DNA of 64,000 nucleotides from Amphiscolops sp. MND2022. Lineage: Eukaryota. The notes beneath the pieces are model-generated. The model made no database searches. It was not told the origin of the DNA and saw only the letters and a list, made by a program, of their open reading frames with translations. A program made the position numbers and the translations under genes. The stretch covers positions 95,730,001 through 95,794,000 of the forward strand of contig OZ076409.1 in the NCBI GenBank assembly GCA_964187785.1, read 5' to 3'. Below are positions 50,917 to 62,789 of the stretch, piece after piece. Every line of letters begins with the position of its first letter. Position 1 is the stretch's first letter.

Positions 50917-51452
50917 CAGTACTGTGATTAAGAAATCATCATCCGGTCAATTTTAGACTCGGTTTTCTCGAAATAGTTTGAAAATTTTGAAAAAACATCA
51001 GAAATAAAAGTTTCTTAGAATTTCATGTAGTTTGCATTATTATTCTGAAAAACTTTGAGGCAAAAATTGTTAAAGTAACAAATAGCTGATTTTGAGCCAA
51101 AATTTGGACTTTTTTCTGCTTTTCCAATTGTTGTCTGTTTCGCAACTTTTTTGGCAATTTTAATTGTATACTCCTTTGACTCCCTAAAATCTGCTGAAGC
51201 CATTGGATATGTTTTGATTTCAAAAACTGATCAGCCGTTTTTTGAGATATCTGTCTCGAAAAGTAAATTTACCTCGATTTACATGTATAAAGATAGGAAA
51301 TTAGGTTTTCGTAGAGAAAAAATTAAAAAACTCAAAATTGGGAAAATATCTAAAGGGCTTTCTCCGGCACCAATCAAAATTAAAAATGAGAGCAAAAAAA
51401 CAATTACAACCACGCTCAGCGCATAGGGGATGATTTTTTAATCACAGTACTG
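50917..51452. mobile_element. Tc1-type MITE
   Basis: TA|CAGTACTGTGATTAA...TTAATCACAGTACTG|TA. Confidence 0.85.
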
Positions 51453-51494
51453 TAGGTACTCTCAAATTCATATAGTTCTCATTGAGAATACTAA

Positions 51495-51984
51495 AACAAG
51501 ACGAGAACGTCTAAAGTCGGCGCTATATCTAAGGCTCAAAAAGCGCAAAACATTTTTTTTTGGAAAAAAACTTGAAATTTTTGGGAAAAAAATCTTTCAA
51601 AAAAAGTCGCATAGTGCCGAAAAATGTAAAAGGGGGACCCTTCTGGATTTATTGACATACATTCCGTTGCAAAATATCAAAAAACTCGAAGGGGGGACCC
51701 TTTGGGGACATTAAAAAATTTTCGAAAAAAGTCGCACATTGCAGAAAAAAATCCAAAGGGGGGACCCTTTAGGCACGTCCGGGTTTGTAGGTAACGTTTA
51801 AAAAGTAAAAAACCAAAGGGGGACCCTTTGGAATAACTTAGATGCGTTTCCGGGGTATTCGTTTAGTTTCCATTAGTTGAAGATACTGAACGTTAACGTT
51901 CGTCGCTTCGAGTCCGTCTTAAAAGAAAAAAAAACGAGTGACTGTAATAGTCGGACTTTTATCAATAAAAGCGCCGACTAAAAA
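51495..51984 (-). mobile_element. HINE family A copy
   Basis: Family termini. Confidence 0.78.
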
Positions 51985-52159
51985 TAGTCATACCAAAAAC
52001 GATATGCAGCTCTCACCGCGTCGAAGCTAATAACGACACGTCTCGAAACTTCAAGGTAGAATGGTAAAAACGATGGTTAAAATGATGTAAATTCATTTAT
52101 ATTGCATTGTGAGAAAAATATATACCAGAGCCAGGCCTGGCAATTCATAAACAAAAAAC

Positions 52160-52540
52160 TCAACTATCAAGCTTTTTAGTCCTCGCAAGTTCCTCCAGAA
52201 GCCGGATTCTGGCATTGTACACTTTGGCTTGTAGATATTTGGAGCCTCCATTGTCTTTGTTGTTAATAGAATGCAAATACTCGAAACTTTTTTCAATTTT
52301 CTCTTCACAAATCGGCTCCTGTAAATTCAAAATTTGGACAGCTTCGGCGACTGAAATGCCTGATCTCATTGTGGCACTTTTGGTTTCCGCGTCTTCCGCA
52401 GCTTCAGATCTACTTTGATGCTGAATGTTTCGCCATGCTTGTTGAGTTTCGACATACTCTTCCCTGAAGGCTTTGCCCACAGCTCTTCCTATTGCCAGTG
52501 CCGACGCCGTAACTATTTCAGCGATGATTCTAGGCCACAT
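52160..52540 (-). CDS. PAM16: Mitochondrial import motor subunit PAM16/Tim16/Magmas (intronless CDS)
   Basis: GRA..KA..EE, GIS..EA.QILN, YL...N.K..GGS.YLQ.KV..A..RL..EL signature; 126 aa from the first ATG. Confidence 0.93.
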   Translation of the reverse strand: MWPRIIAEIVTASALAIGRAVGKAFREEYVETQQAWRNIQHQSRSEAAEDAETKSATMRSGISVAEAVQILNLQEPICEEKIEKSFEYLHSINNKDNGGSKYLQAKVYNARIRLLEELARTKKLDS

Positions 52541-53860
52541 CACAAAACTGTATCACAAGCATCTGAAACTTTGTTATTCAGTGATCATTGTTAGAAGAAG
52601 GGATTCGTCGATTTCCACGATCCTTAAAAAACCCTTAAAAATGCACGATTTAACGGATAAGAGGTAAGACGAACTACTGGGAAAAATGAGAGATGAAAAT
52701 TCAACGTGAACCTAACAGTCTAAAGGCGATAACTTCTTTTATTTTCCTCTATCAGATATCATGGATCTTCGTCATCTACCAAGTGCCATGTGTATCATCA
52801 TGTTGGGGGAGAAGACACACACCCGTGATCTGCAACGAAAATAGAGAACCATACCAGCCACTATTCCAGTCGACAAGTAATGAAAAAACAACCAACAAAC
52901 TACCCAATAGACCGGAAGACGATAACTAGTTTAGATGAACACAAAAAGTGGAAGGGCTCAGGTAGATTATGTTCAAATATACGATCCTATTCATGAAACA
53001 AAAACATCAATCCATTTTTTCTCTCTCACATGGCAGAGATTATCACTAGATTAGATTATCTAGTGCCATTAAGGTTCATGTAGGGGCTATGACACACACC
53101 CGTGGTCTGCAAACAACGAAATGAACAACAAAGCACTACTACTACTCATGCTAGCCACTAGCCCAGTGGACTGAAAAAAACCAAAACAACGAAACCAGAG
53201 CCGCATTTGCGCTAAAGGAGTCGAAGTAGGCTTTTTCCCTGACTCGCTCGAATTACAGTCATACAATTTCGTTGAAAGTACAGGTATTAAGCCCTTATAT
53301 GGTGTAGAAACTCCCTAAAAGTTCTTTCAAATCGTGAGGAGTTTTTGAGGAAACCGAAAAAGTTCAAAATTTGATCATCTCTAGGTTCCAAGTCATACGA
53401 TTTAGATGACATCGCGGGTTACAAGTCTCTTGGCTTAGAGTCACTTGGCTTTTTCTTCGCGTCATTCGGCTTAATATTTTTATTCTAGCTCAAACAGAGC
53501 AACTCTAACTCAAATAATGGCTAGAGAAAAAAATATTAAAGACCAAAACTGAACTGAACTTTTACCGAAAAATGTAAGAAACCAAAAATGTTCAGCAAAG
53601 TTGTTGGATGGCTCGGTCGCTTGGCTCCCTTCGCCAAGTAGCAACAATGAGAGATTGCCATAGGGCGCGTGGCTTCTGCATTAGGGGCACTAGAAGCAAT
53701 TTTTTTCTTTATCTTTCAAAATATCAAATCTCATGGATCTTCATCAAGCAAGTGCCATGTGTATCATCATGTTGGGGGTGGGGGGAGAAGACACACACCC
53801 GTGGTCTGCAACGAAAGTAGGGAACCCCATACCAGCCACTATCCCAGTCGACCAGTAACA

Positions 53861-56528
53861 AAACCAGAGCCGCATATGCGGTAAAGGAGTCGGCTTCAGT
53901 CTTTTTCCTTCTGACTCGCTTTCGTTCGAATCGTATGAACAGTTTGTGAGAAAATCGAAAAAATCGAAAAATGATTTTGGGCTAAATTTGGCTGTGTTTC
54001 TCACATCCCAGCCATACGAATATAATGAAATTGCACATAAAGGACCATAATATGGTGTAGGCTTCGGGCAATAAGTTCGATTTACTAAGTTCGAATGTGA
54101 ACTAGTGGAATAAGTTCGAATAGGAATAGTTTCGAGACACCAAGTTCGAATTTTCATATCGGGCATATCCGGTGTGTCAAGAATAAAATATTACCTTTCG
54201 TAAATGTCTCAGAAAATTTTCAATACTTTTCCTTTCTAATGTGGGGCAAATCCGGTGTATGCACGCTCGCCCTCACCGTCACGAAGACCAGCTACCACTA
54301 CGATCGCTTCGCGATCTCCGTTCCCGCTAGGTCTTTGCTCCCGTTCGACCTCGCTTAGCAAGATGGGAACATAAGCGGCCCCAAGGGGCCGCGGGGCACT
54401 AGATGAAGTGGGGAAATATCAGAAATACGTTTTATACTTACGGCGGTTTGTTCAAAATTCGAACTGAGTGATTCGAACTTGTTCCGGTTTTTGGAAAATT
54501 CGAACTTAGTCCATTCGAAATTAAAATTCGAACTTATGCGTTCGAACTTATTACCGTGCCCTATGGTGTAGAATGACTGTAGAAAATTTCGTTCGAATCG
54601 TATGGACAGTTTTTGAGAAAATAAAAAAAAATCGAAAAATGACTGTTTTCTGGACATTTTTGGGCTAATTTTGGCTATGTTTCTCACATCCCAGCCATAC
54701 GATTTGGATGTCATTGCACATATAGGACTCTAATATGGTGTAGAATAACTGTAGAAAATTTCGTCCGAATCGTATGGACAGTTTTTGAGAAAATCGAAAA
54801 AAGTCGAAAAATGGCTGTTTTTTGGCCATTTTTGGGCTAATTTTGGCTATGTTTCTCACATCCCAGCCATACGATTTTGATGCCATTGCACAAATAGGAC
54901 CCTAATATGGTGTAGAATAACTAGAAAATTTCGTTCGAATCGTATGGACAGTTTTTGTGAAAATCGAAAAAAGTCGAAAAATGGCTGTTTTCGGCCATTC
55001 TTGGGCTAATTTTGGCACTGTTTCTCGCATCCCAGCCATGCGATTTTGATGCCATTGCACATATAGGACTCTGATATGGTGTAGAATAAATGTAGAAAAC
55101 TTCGTTCGAATCGTATGGACAGTTTTTGAGAAAAGCGAAAAAAGTCGAAAAATGGCTCTTTTGGCCATTTTCGGGCTAATTTTGGCACTGTTTCTCGCAT
55201 CCCAGCCATAGGATTTTGATGCCATTGCACATATAGGACTCTAATATGGTGTAGAATAACTGTAGAAAATTTCGTTCGAATCGTACGGACAGTTTTTGAG
55301 AAAAGCGAAAATAGTCGAAAAATGGCTGTTTTTTGGCCATTTTTGGGCTAATTTTGGCTATGTTTCTCACATCCCAGTCATACGATTTTGATGCCATTGC
55401 ACATATAGGACCCTAATTTGGTGTAGAATGACTGTGCAAGATTTCGTGAAAATCGTATGAACAGTTTTTGAGAAATTTGAAATTTTCATGAAAAGGGCGG
55501 GAGAAAAAAAAACAGCACGATTGCATAAGTAGTCGAAAATTTGTTGGATGGCTCGGTCTCTTGGCTCCCTTCGCCAAGTAGCAACAATGAGAGATTGCCA
55601 TAGGGCGCGTGGCTTCTGCATTAGGGGCACTAGAAGCAATTTTTTTCTTTATCTTTCAAAATATCAAATCTCATGGATCTTCATCAAGCAAGTGCCATGT
55701 GTATCATCATGTTGGGGGTGGGGGGAGAAGACACACACCCGTGGTCTGCAACGAAAGTAGGGAACCCAGGACTGTTCTTTGGCCAGTTTTGGGCTAATTT
55801 TGGCTATGTTTCTCACATCCCAGCCATACGATTTGGATGCCATTGCACATATAGGACTCTAATATGGTGTAGAATAACTGTAGAAAAGTTCGTTCGAATC
55901 GTATGGACAGTTTTTGAGAAAAGCGAAAAAAGTCAAAAAATGGCTGTTTTTTGGCCATTTTTAGGCTAATTTTGGCTATGTTTCTCACATCCCAGCCGTA
56001 CGATTTTGATGCCATTGCACATATAGGACTCTAATATGGTGTAGAATAACTGTAGAAAATTTCGCTCGAATCGTATGGACAGTTTTTGAGAAAATCGAAA
56101 AAAGTCGAAAAATGGCTCTTTTGGCCATTTTCGGGCTAATTTTGGCACTGTTTCTCGCATCCCAGCCATAGGATTTTGATGCCATTGCACATATAGGACT
56201 CTAATATGGTGTAGAATAACTGTAGAAAATTTCGTTCGAATCGTACGGACAGTTTTTGAGAAAAGCGAAAAAAGTCGAAAAATTGCTGTTTTTTGGCCAT
56301 TTTTGGGCTAATTTTGGCTATGTTTTTCACATCCCAGTCATACGATTTTGATGCCATTGCACATATAGGACCCTAATTTGGTGTAGAATGACTGTGCAAG
56401 ATTTCGTGAAAATCGTATGAACAGTTTTTGAGAAATTTGAAATTTTCATGAAAAGGGCGGGAGAAAAAAACAAAAAAAAACAGCACGATTGCATAAGTAG
56501 TCGAAAATTTTTTCCGACTCCTGAAAAA
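53861..56528 (-). mobile_element. HINE family D composite containing about 171-bp tandem arrays
   Basis: Hairpin CCGCATATGCGG + GGAGTCGG at the left end, CCGACTCCTGAAAAA at the right end; nested fragments inside. Confidence 0.65.
54562..56460. repeat. About 171-bp satellite-like tandem repeat, two blocks
   Basis: Unit periodicity visible in sequence and in repeated spurious ORF starts (54714, 54886, 55225, 55397; 56015, 56185, 56357). Confidence 0.92.
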
Positions 56529-57009
56529 CCAACAAACTACTCATATCAGCCACAATCCCTGTCGACCGATAGAGACAAGTTGGGTGGGCGGAAGTAGGTC
56601 GAAGGAACGGGATCGAAAATCAGAGTTAGTCCTCAGGTCGACATACCAAATTTTTTGAATGGGATCGAAACAACTCGGATCGAAATTTTCATAACGTAGT
56701 CAGATATGTTCAAATACCCCTAGTGCCCTGAATGCAGGAGCGAAGCGAAGCGGAGCGACGTGCCATATGACCATGCCTCAATGTTGGCGAAGGGAGCGAA
56801 GCGACCGAGCCATACAACAAATACGATAAAATTCGACCGCATTCCTTTCGATCCCTGCAATTCGATCAAAAGGTTCGACCTCTGTCCTTTCGACCAGAAA
56901 AATTTGACCTATCTACAGCCACCCAGACAAGTTTTTGAAAAAATGTGCGATGATGATCCGGTTCACCAAAATAGGCCCTTCCGGAGCTCAGTATTTTTTC
57001 TGCTTTAAT

Positions 57010-60000
57010 CTTTCATTTTCAATAATAGAATCATATCTGGAACACCAATAGACGCCTTCTTAATCACTAATTAGCGCACAAATATTCACTGTAAAGTTCA
57101 AAAAAGCTATATGTAATGAATTTCTTCGAACGCATCTCTGTCGCTCTCAGTTCCTAGAACACAGGCCGCATTGACGATCTGAAGTGCCATTTAAATCCGT
57201 TGCTTCAAAAAGCTGCTAGCTCGTTGATCGTCGTGCGAACGACAGAGCATTTTACAGAGACGGGTGATGAAAATTTCACTGCTCTCGCCTAAAAAACCCT
57301 GTACTTCCAAGGCCATCGGCTGAAAATGTATCCATTGTCTATTAATTCGCGATACTTCTCAATTTTACGCGCTTCAGCCTCTGTTGCGGTGGTTTCCAGG
57401 TCAAATAAAGAGCCTTGATTTAGGCGACTGGGTGCAAAAGCATCCACAACTGTGGGATCCCACACCAGCTGTTTACCCATTTCCCAAGAAATCAGGGTAA
57501 CACCGTCTGTGCATTTGCCATCAGTCCGATACAGTCCACGTGGTTCGAACATTGAAGGCAAGTCGAGAGATCCCAACGTCTGCTTTATGAGAGAATTGAG
57601 TGTAGCATGACGTGAGAAGCGACCAGCACTCTTCGTGCAAGCAAGACTGTGTAAACCGTCCTGTTCAACTTTTATACCACAGTCGCACGAATAGGTGCGT
57701 GGAATCAGGTCTAATGAATTAGATCTAAGAGAGGGGGCAGAACTGAGATCTAAAGAAATTGATCTAAATAATCAGGTCTAAAAATCTCTTCTAATTTGAT
57801 CCATTTTGAGAAAAACAATAAGTCAATGAGGATCTAAAACTAAAAGGTGAATAAAGTATAAAACGTGCCTCGGATATGTCCCCATTTCCTCTAGTGCCCC
57901 GCGGCCCCTTGGGGCCGCCTATATTCCCACCTTGCTAAGCGAGGTCGAACAGGAGCAAAGACCTAGCGGGAACGGAGATCGCGAAGCGATCATAGTGGGA
58001 GCTGGTCTTTGCAACGGTGAGGGCGAGCGTGCATACATCGCACATGCCCCACATTATATTTTCGCTTTCAGATTACATATTAGATCATAAAGGGGTTAGA
58101 CTTAGTGTTTTAGATAAAATTAAATCTGAAAGTTAGACCTAAAGTTAGACCTAAATTAGATCTGAAAGTTAGATCTAATTCCATTAGACCTAAAGAATTA
58201 GATCAAAGGCGTACACTCCGCACGAATGCGCAACGCAGATGTTGTCACCGAGACGCAAACCAATTGAAATTCGAAGTTATTGATCATCAAGTTTCAGGCC
58301 TAGGTTCTTGTAAGGAACGACGTTCAGCCATTGAGACCCGAATTTGGCTTGATGAGCGTTAAAAACATTCGAACGTTTGTCATCCTTTCTAGAAATCAAA
58401 TCTTGTGCGGTTTTGGAGTAGACAGGTTGTGTCCAGTTTTTTTGAGTTCCATCGAGAGGACTTTTCTGTTCTGTCGTCTAACTCAACCACTTCTCAAGCG
58501 CTTTTGTAAACGAAACATCTTCGAATGTTTCCGAGAAAGTCGTCGTGAGAAAGTCACTCGCACCAAAAGCCGAGGCCAGAATGCCGGGGAAGTGCTAATA
58601 ATGATGCGGATGAAACCCCAAGACCACCCATCTCAGCAGGCAGAGCCAGCTGAGTACTCGGAATATCGTCGAAGTTCACGTTACACACTTTGGAAAGCCC
58701 GTCGCGCACGGTTTTGTCATACTTCTCCAAGAGAGCTGGATGATTAAAACGTACTGGTTCTCAGGAAGTACAACAACTTTGACAAACTGAAGCAATTTTT
58801 CAACATAAAAAAACCATAGTGCGCATCTAGTTTTTCAACAATCGCGTTAATTTTTTCCAGTTCATTAATTTTCTTTTCCAATAGGTCTGCTTGTGATTTC
58901 GGACCGAGCGGTGAACCAAGAATGATAAGTTCATCTTTCTTTGGAGTTTTGATCCCGGGGCAAAAATTTTGGAAAGATGCTAAAATTGTCGATCGTCGTT
59001 TTTCAGTGATGTCACCAGAGAAAAAAATTTCACATTTCGTGGCTTCAATTTTGAGTCCCAGCGTTTTTTCCTCTTCAACGAATTTTTTTGCGATCTTTGA
59101 AAACGGTTCTGTCATCATCACCTATATTCCTATCGGCAAGGCACCATAAGTATATTTTCGACTCCAAACTGTCATTCAAATCCTGAATGGAATCCGAAAA
59201 GTAAGCTGGAGATCCAGGATTTCCTTGCTCGGACCCTTCGCAATATTTGATAACTGAATCACCGTAAAAGAGAAAACTTGGCTGACTGTACGCCGAGTGT
59301 GAGTACTTATAAACTTCAGGGTGTTTTTCAAAAGTTTTCTCGAGCATGAATTGTCGGTTTATCGAATTGAAAGCGTTTTCAAAGTCAACTTTCGGAATTA
59401 GTTTTTTTTGGGCTGAGGTTTTCTATCAAACAACGGAAAACACGGGAGGCCAATTCCGCAACCTTTTTCGTGCCGACACCTACTCGTCGATTTCCATATC
59501 CTGCTTGCCGTGATTCAAAGACTTGGTATCCGTCACATTTTGCGGACAACCGGCGGAAAATTATTGCCTACAGCGATAGGACGAAGTCCTCCATCGGGCT
59601 TTTTTAACCGCAATTATTTTCCCACAAAACAAATACGGCCGAAAATTGAAAGGTACTTTCTATCAAACAACGGAAAACATGTGAGGCCAATTCAGCGCCC
59701 CTTTTGTGCCTACAACTTGTCGATTTCCATATCTAGCGTGACGTGATCCGAAGACAAGCTATCCGGCACATTTTGCGGACAACCGGCAGAAAGTATTGCC
59801 TACAGCGATAGGTCGAAGTCCTCCATCAGGCGTTTTTTAGCACAATTAGTTTCGCACCAAACAAATACGGCCGAAGTTCGAAAGGTAGTTTTCCTTCGAG
59901 AATCACATTCACAAGATTTGTTAAGGCTCTGAGAAAGACCAGTCCAGTTTGCCCGTTCGACTCGCCAGTCAAATTGTTCAAAATTTGGGGCGAAACGCCA

Positions 60001-60800
60001 TCCAACCCTGCACTAGAGCCGTTGGGGAAGGACATGAGAGCCTTGTGGACGAAAAACCCAGAGGCTCTGCGGAAGTTTCAGCTTGAAGGCACTGTAGTTG
60101 TCGACCGTGAAGTCTGCAATCTTGTCGTCGCCTACTGCCATTCTGATTCCGGCCTTAACATTACCTTCGTCTTATTTAGTGCAAATGGAGCGCAGTCGTC
60201 GTTCTAACTCGCTTTTCTGGTGCGGTTTACTGTCGCGTTTCGGTTTCATCTCAATGACGCCATCCCGAATACGCTTGTTGATAATTGCACTGAGTGATGA
60301 TCTCTGACGTTTACCTCCTCGAGGTGGTTTTTCCAAAAAACAGCTTAGAGAGGAGAGCAGTAAGCACCCCAAGGTAATATTTGACAGGGTTTCACAATTA
60401 TCATTAGTTTTGGGCATCAAGTAGTCAGCTACGGGGAACCGTGAATTTTTAGCAACTCTTTTCAAGTGAACGCCTGAATTAAAAAGGGTGTGTGTCTGGT
60501 CTAAAAAAGTTATCATCCTGACACTGAGGGTTTGTGTTCACTAAAGAGCACCTACTACATTTAAATTCTGCAAGGCTCCAGGCCTCCGTTGTTGATAAAC
60601 TGGCGCATTTTATATGCACCCATCCGTTGCAAAGCCTACAATTTACCCAGTTTATCAACCCTGAGGGCTTCAGACACTTCAGAGCGTTGCAGAGCGTTGC
60701 AGGTTTCAACCAAAGGGTATCTGAAAATAGCCTACAACGTTGTAATAATTTCGATAAAATCTGCCACGCCAACTTAACGTTTCAGCCAATTTCAGCCAAG
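57010..60800 (-). mobile_element. Degenerate CRE-clade (RLE-type) non-LTR retrotransposon with N-terminal PHD finger
   Basis: PHD-like C..C...WVNCRLCNGWVHIKC...FKCSRC; RT motifs SAGLDG, RPIAVG, DFENAFN, QG.P.SP; CxC..H..C knuckle; RLE EP.GL.R.DGK..DG...W..G..LVWD...AE.RK..KY; many frameshifts. Confidence 0.85.
57693..58218. mobile_element. Insertion splitting the CRE zinc knuckle; itself contains a Helitron-like end (about 57890-58055)
   Basis: Flanking direct repeat CGCACGAAT; inner GCGGCCCC..GGGGCCGC hairpin + CACTAG also present at about 54376-54402. Confidence 0.7.
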
Positions 60801-61241
60801 TGACCCTTTACCCAAGACTTTTCGCTGAATGAGTTTGAAACAAATGTTTTTAAAACAAGTGAAAATTCACCCCAATGCGATTAAAGAGCAACTTTAGGAG
60901 CATGTTTATGCAAAAATTTGTTTAAAGGTATGGGTATGGACAGTTTTTGAGAAACTCGAAGTTTTCATTGAATGGTCGGGAAAAGAAAAAAAATGATTGC
61001 ATACATGGTCAGAAATTTTTCTTACTCTTAAAAAGATCACTTCCGTTGAAAGTTCTGTGGGAACAAATTGGAATTAATTCGAGAATTGGATATGAAACTA
61101 ACTTCAAATTTGAAAATTGACTGATTAAGAAATCTCTCTTTGCAGTAAGAATTTCAGAACAAAATCATTCTGTACAATGATCCTTTTAAATGAAATGATC
61201 TCTAAAAGTACATCTATACATTTCACAATCGGTTAGAATAG

Positions 61242-61830
61242 TGTTGTAACAGTAGCGTTGTTACTGATAAGTCGATTGATCAGTGAAATTATTGAAGCTA
61301 TTTGGTTGGATGGTTAAGGCGCTTGAATGCTAGCTTGATCTGTCTCCTGAGATGCAGGTTCGAGTCCTGGAGTGGCTATTTTCTAACAATCAAGTCGAGC
61401 TAGGGTTGTTGTAATGTTTACGACATACTAAATCTCCCTCTCCTTCCAAGTCCAACTGGTCGTAGTAGATCGGGGAGGACTGCAAAACTCGAAAGTAGGC
61501 CTCAAGTCTCGCAGGTGGTCGCGTTCCTCTCCTGGATAGCCTGACGGGAGTCCGTGGGTTATCCCGGGAGTTTCTACTAGGGTCCCAGCTAACTTGGGTG
61601 GAAATCACTTGGATGATGAAACACTCCATGTCTTCACTCGTACTCTTCGGACACTTTTAGGCGTGACAAATTGACGGGTTTAGCCTGTTGATATGCGCAG
61701 GGAACATGTGAACACCTGTGCACGTGAAACGTGCGATGGCTTGAGCCGCTTCAAGTATTCACGTGGCGTGAGTACATCCTTCAAGGAAGCAATTGAACAC
61801 CACCATGGTTAGTGGACACTTTTAATAGTT
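61242..61830 (-). mobile_element. 3' end of a Ty3/Gypsy element: integrase tail, PPT, 184-bp LTR (61242-61425)
   Basis: AHINRLNP and RLSRRGTRPPARLEAY integrase C-terminal motifs; PPT GGAAGGAGAGGGAG; LTR ends TGTCGTAA...TTACAACA. Confidence 0.7.
61296..61378 (+). tRNA. tRNA-like (class II, Leu/Ser-like) sequence inside the LTR; probably not a decoding tRNA
   Basis: Acceptor AGCTATT/AGTGGCT, D region TGGTTGGATGGTTAAGGCG, variable-arm hairpin TCTC..GAGA, T arm CAGG-TTCGAGT-CCTG, TTTT terminator; anticodon stem does not pair. Confidence 0.6.
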
Positions 61831-62789
61831 GATTCTAGACTTGGAGCAAAAGGATACCTTAGGAACAGATATAAAGGAATATGCTTGAAGCACACAATAC
61901 GTGATACTACACCGTGATATTCATGAACAAGGCCATTGTAGTCTCGAACCACTTCACGCTTCGTTTTGGGAGAAATAGCCAGTTTAAAAAGACGCTTTTT
62001 GCTAGGAATAATATGAAAAGGGAGTAGGAAAAGGTTGAATTAAAATTGAAATTGACAATAAGTGCGTCGCACAGAACTCTTTCGTTTCATTCATCTTCTG
62101 ATTGAGGTGAAAAGTATAAAAAAACGAAGACTTCATCAGATTCCAATTCACTGTGATTCTCTGACTGGAACTAGTTGAGCAGTAAAGTCAATGGCATTTT
62201 TCCAAATTTTATCTATCGAAACTTCAGTGATGAAAAAAATTTTACCCTGAAGATTCCCAAAATGCTTTTCAATACTATTCAAGATATTGTGAATCCTGGA
62301 GAATTGTAGGACCTATTGCGGCAATAGAAACTTGCACAGTATTATCTCTATATCTGTATTCTTTTTTAATTCATACATCCAAAAAAAATAGACAAAGCGA
62401 ATTCGGGAGCTCTGGACCAAGTACGTAAAATACGGAATCGACCAAATTGATTGGATGGAACGCGATGCAACGAAGTTGTGGTAGGGCTTCATGAAACGTT
62501 TTGGCAGCTTCCAAACTTTATATTCCGTCACAATGTCTGGGCTTAGTGGAACCAACACCGCTGCCATACAAGTACCGAACTCAGAGAGCTCACACATAAC
62601 TTTGTTAGAAAACGCTGAAGACCGTTACATCATCATAAACTCAAACTCCACATGAACTTATTATGTAAAATACCTGCAAAATTTATTAAATACCAGTCAC
62701 CATGTTACCAAGAATTATTCAATTTATATCTGGTATTCCGCCAAAAAATTTTTCAACACACGATGACTTCACGACGACTTCAGAGATCA

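Noticed and set aside
54355..56357. Multiple similar ORFs (MASKSYGWD...) as a gene family
   Set aside because: They are translations of the 171-bp tandem repeat, with inconsistent frames.
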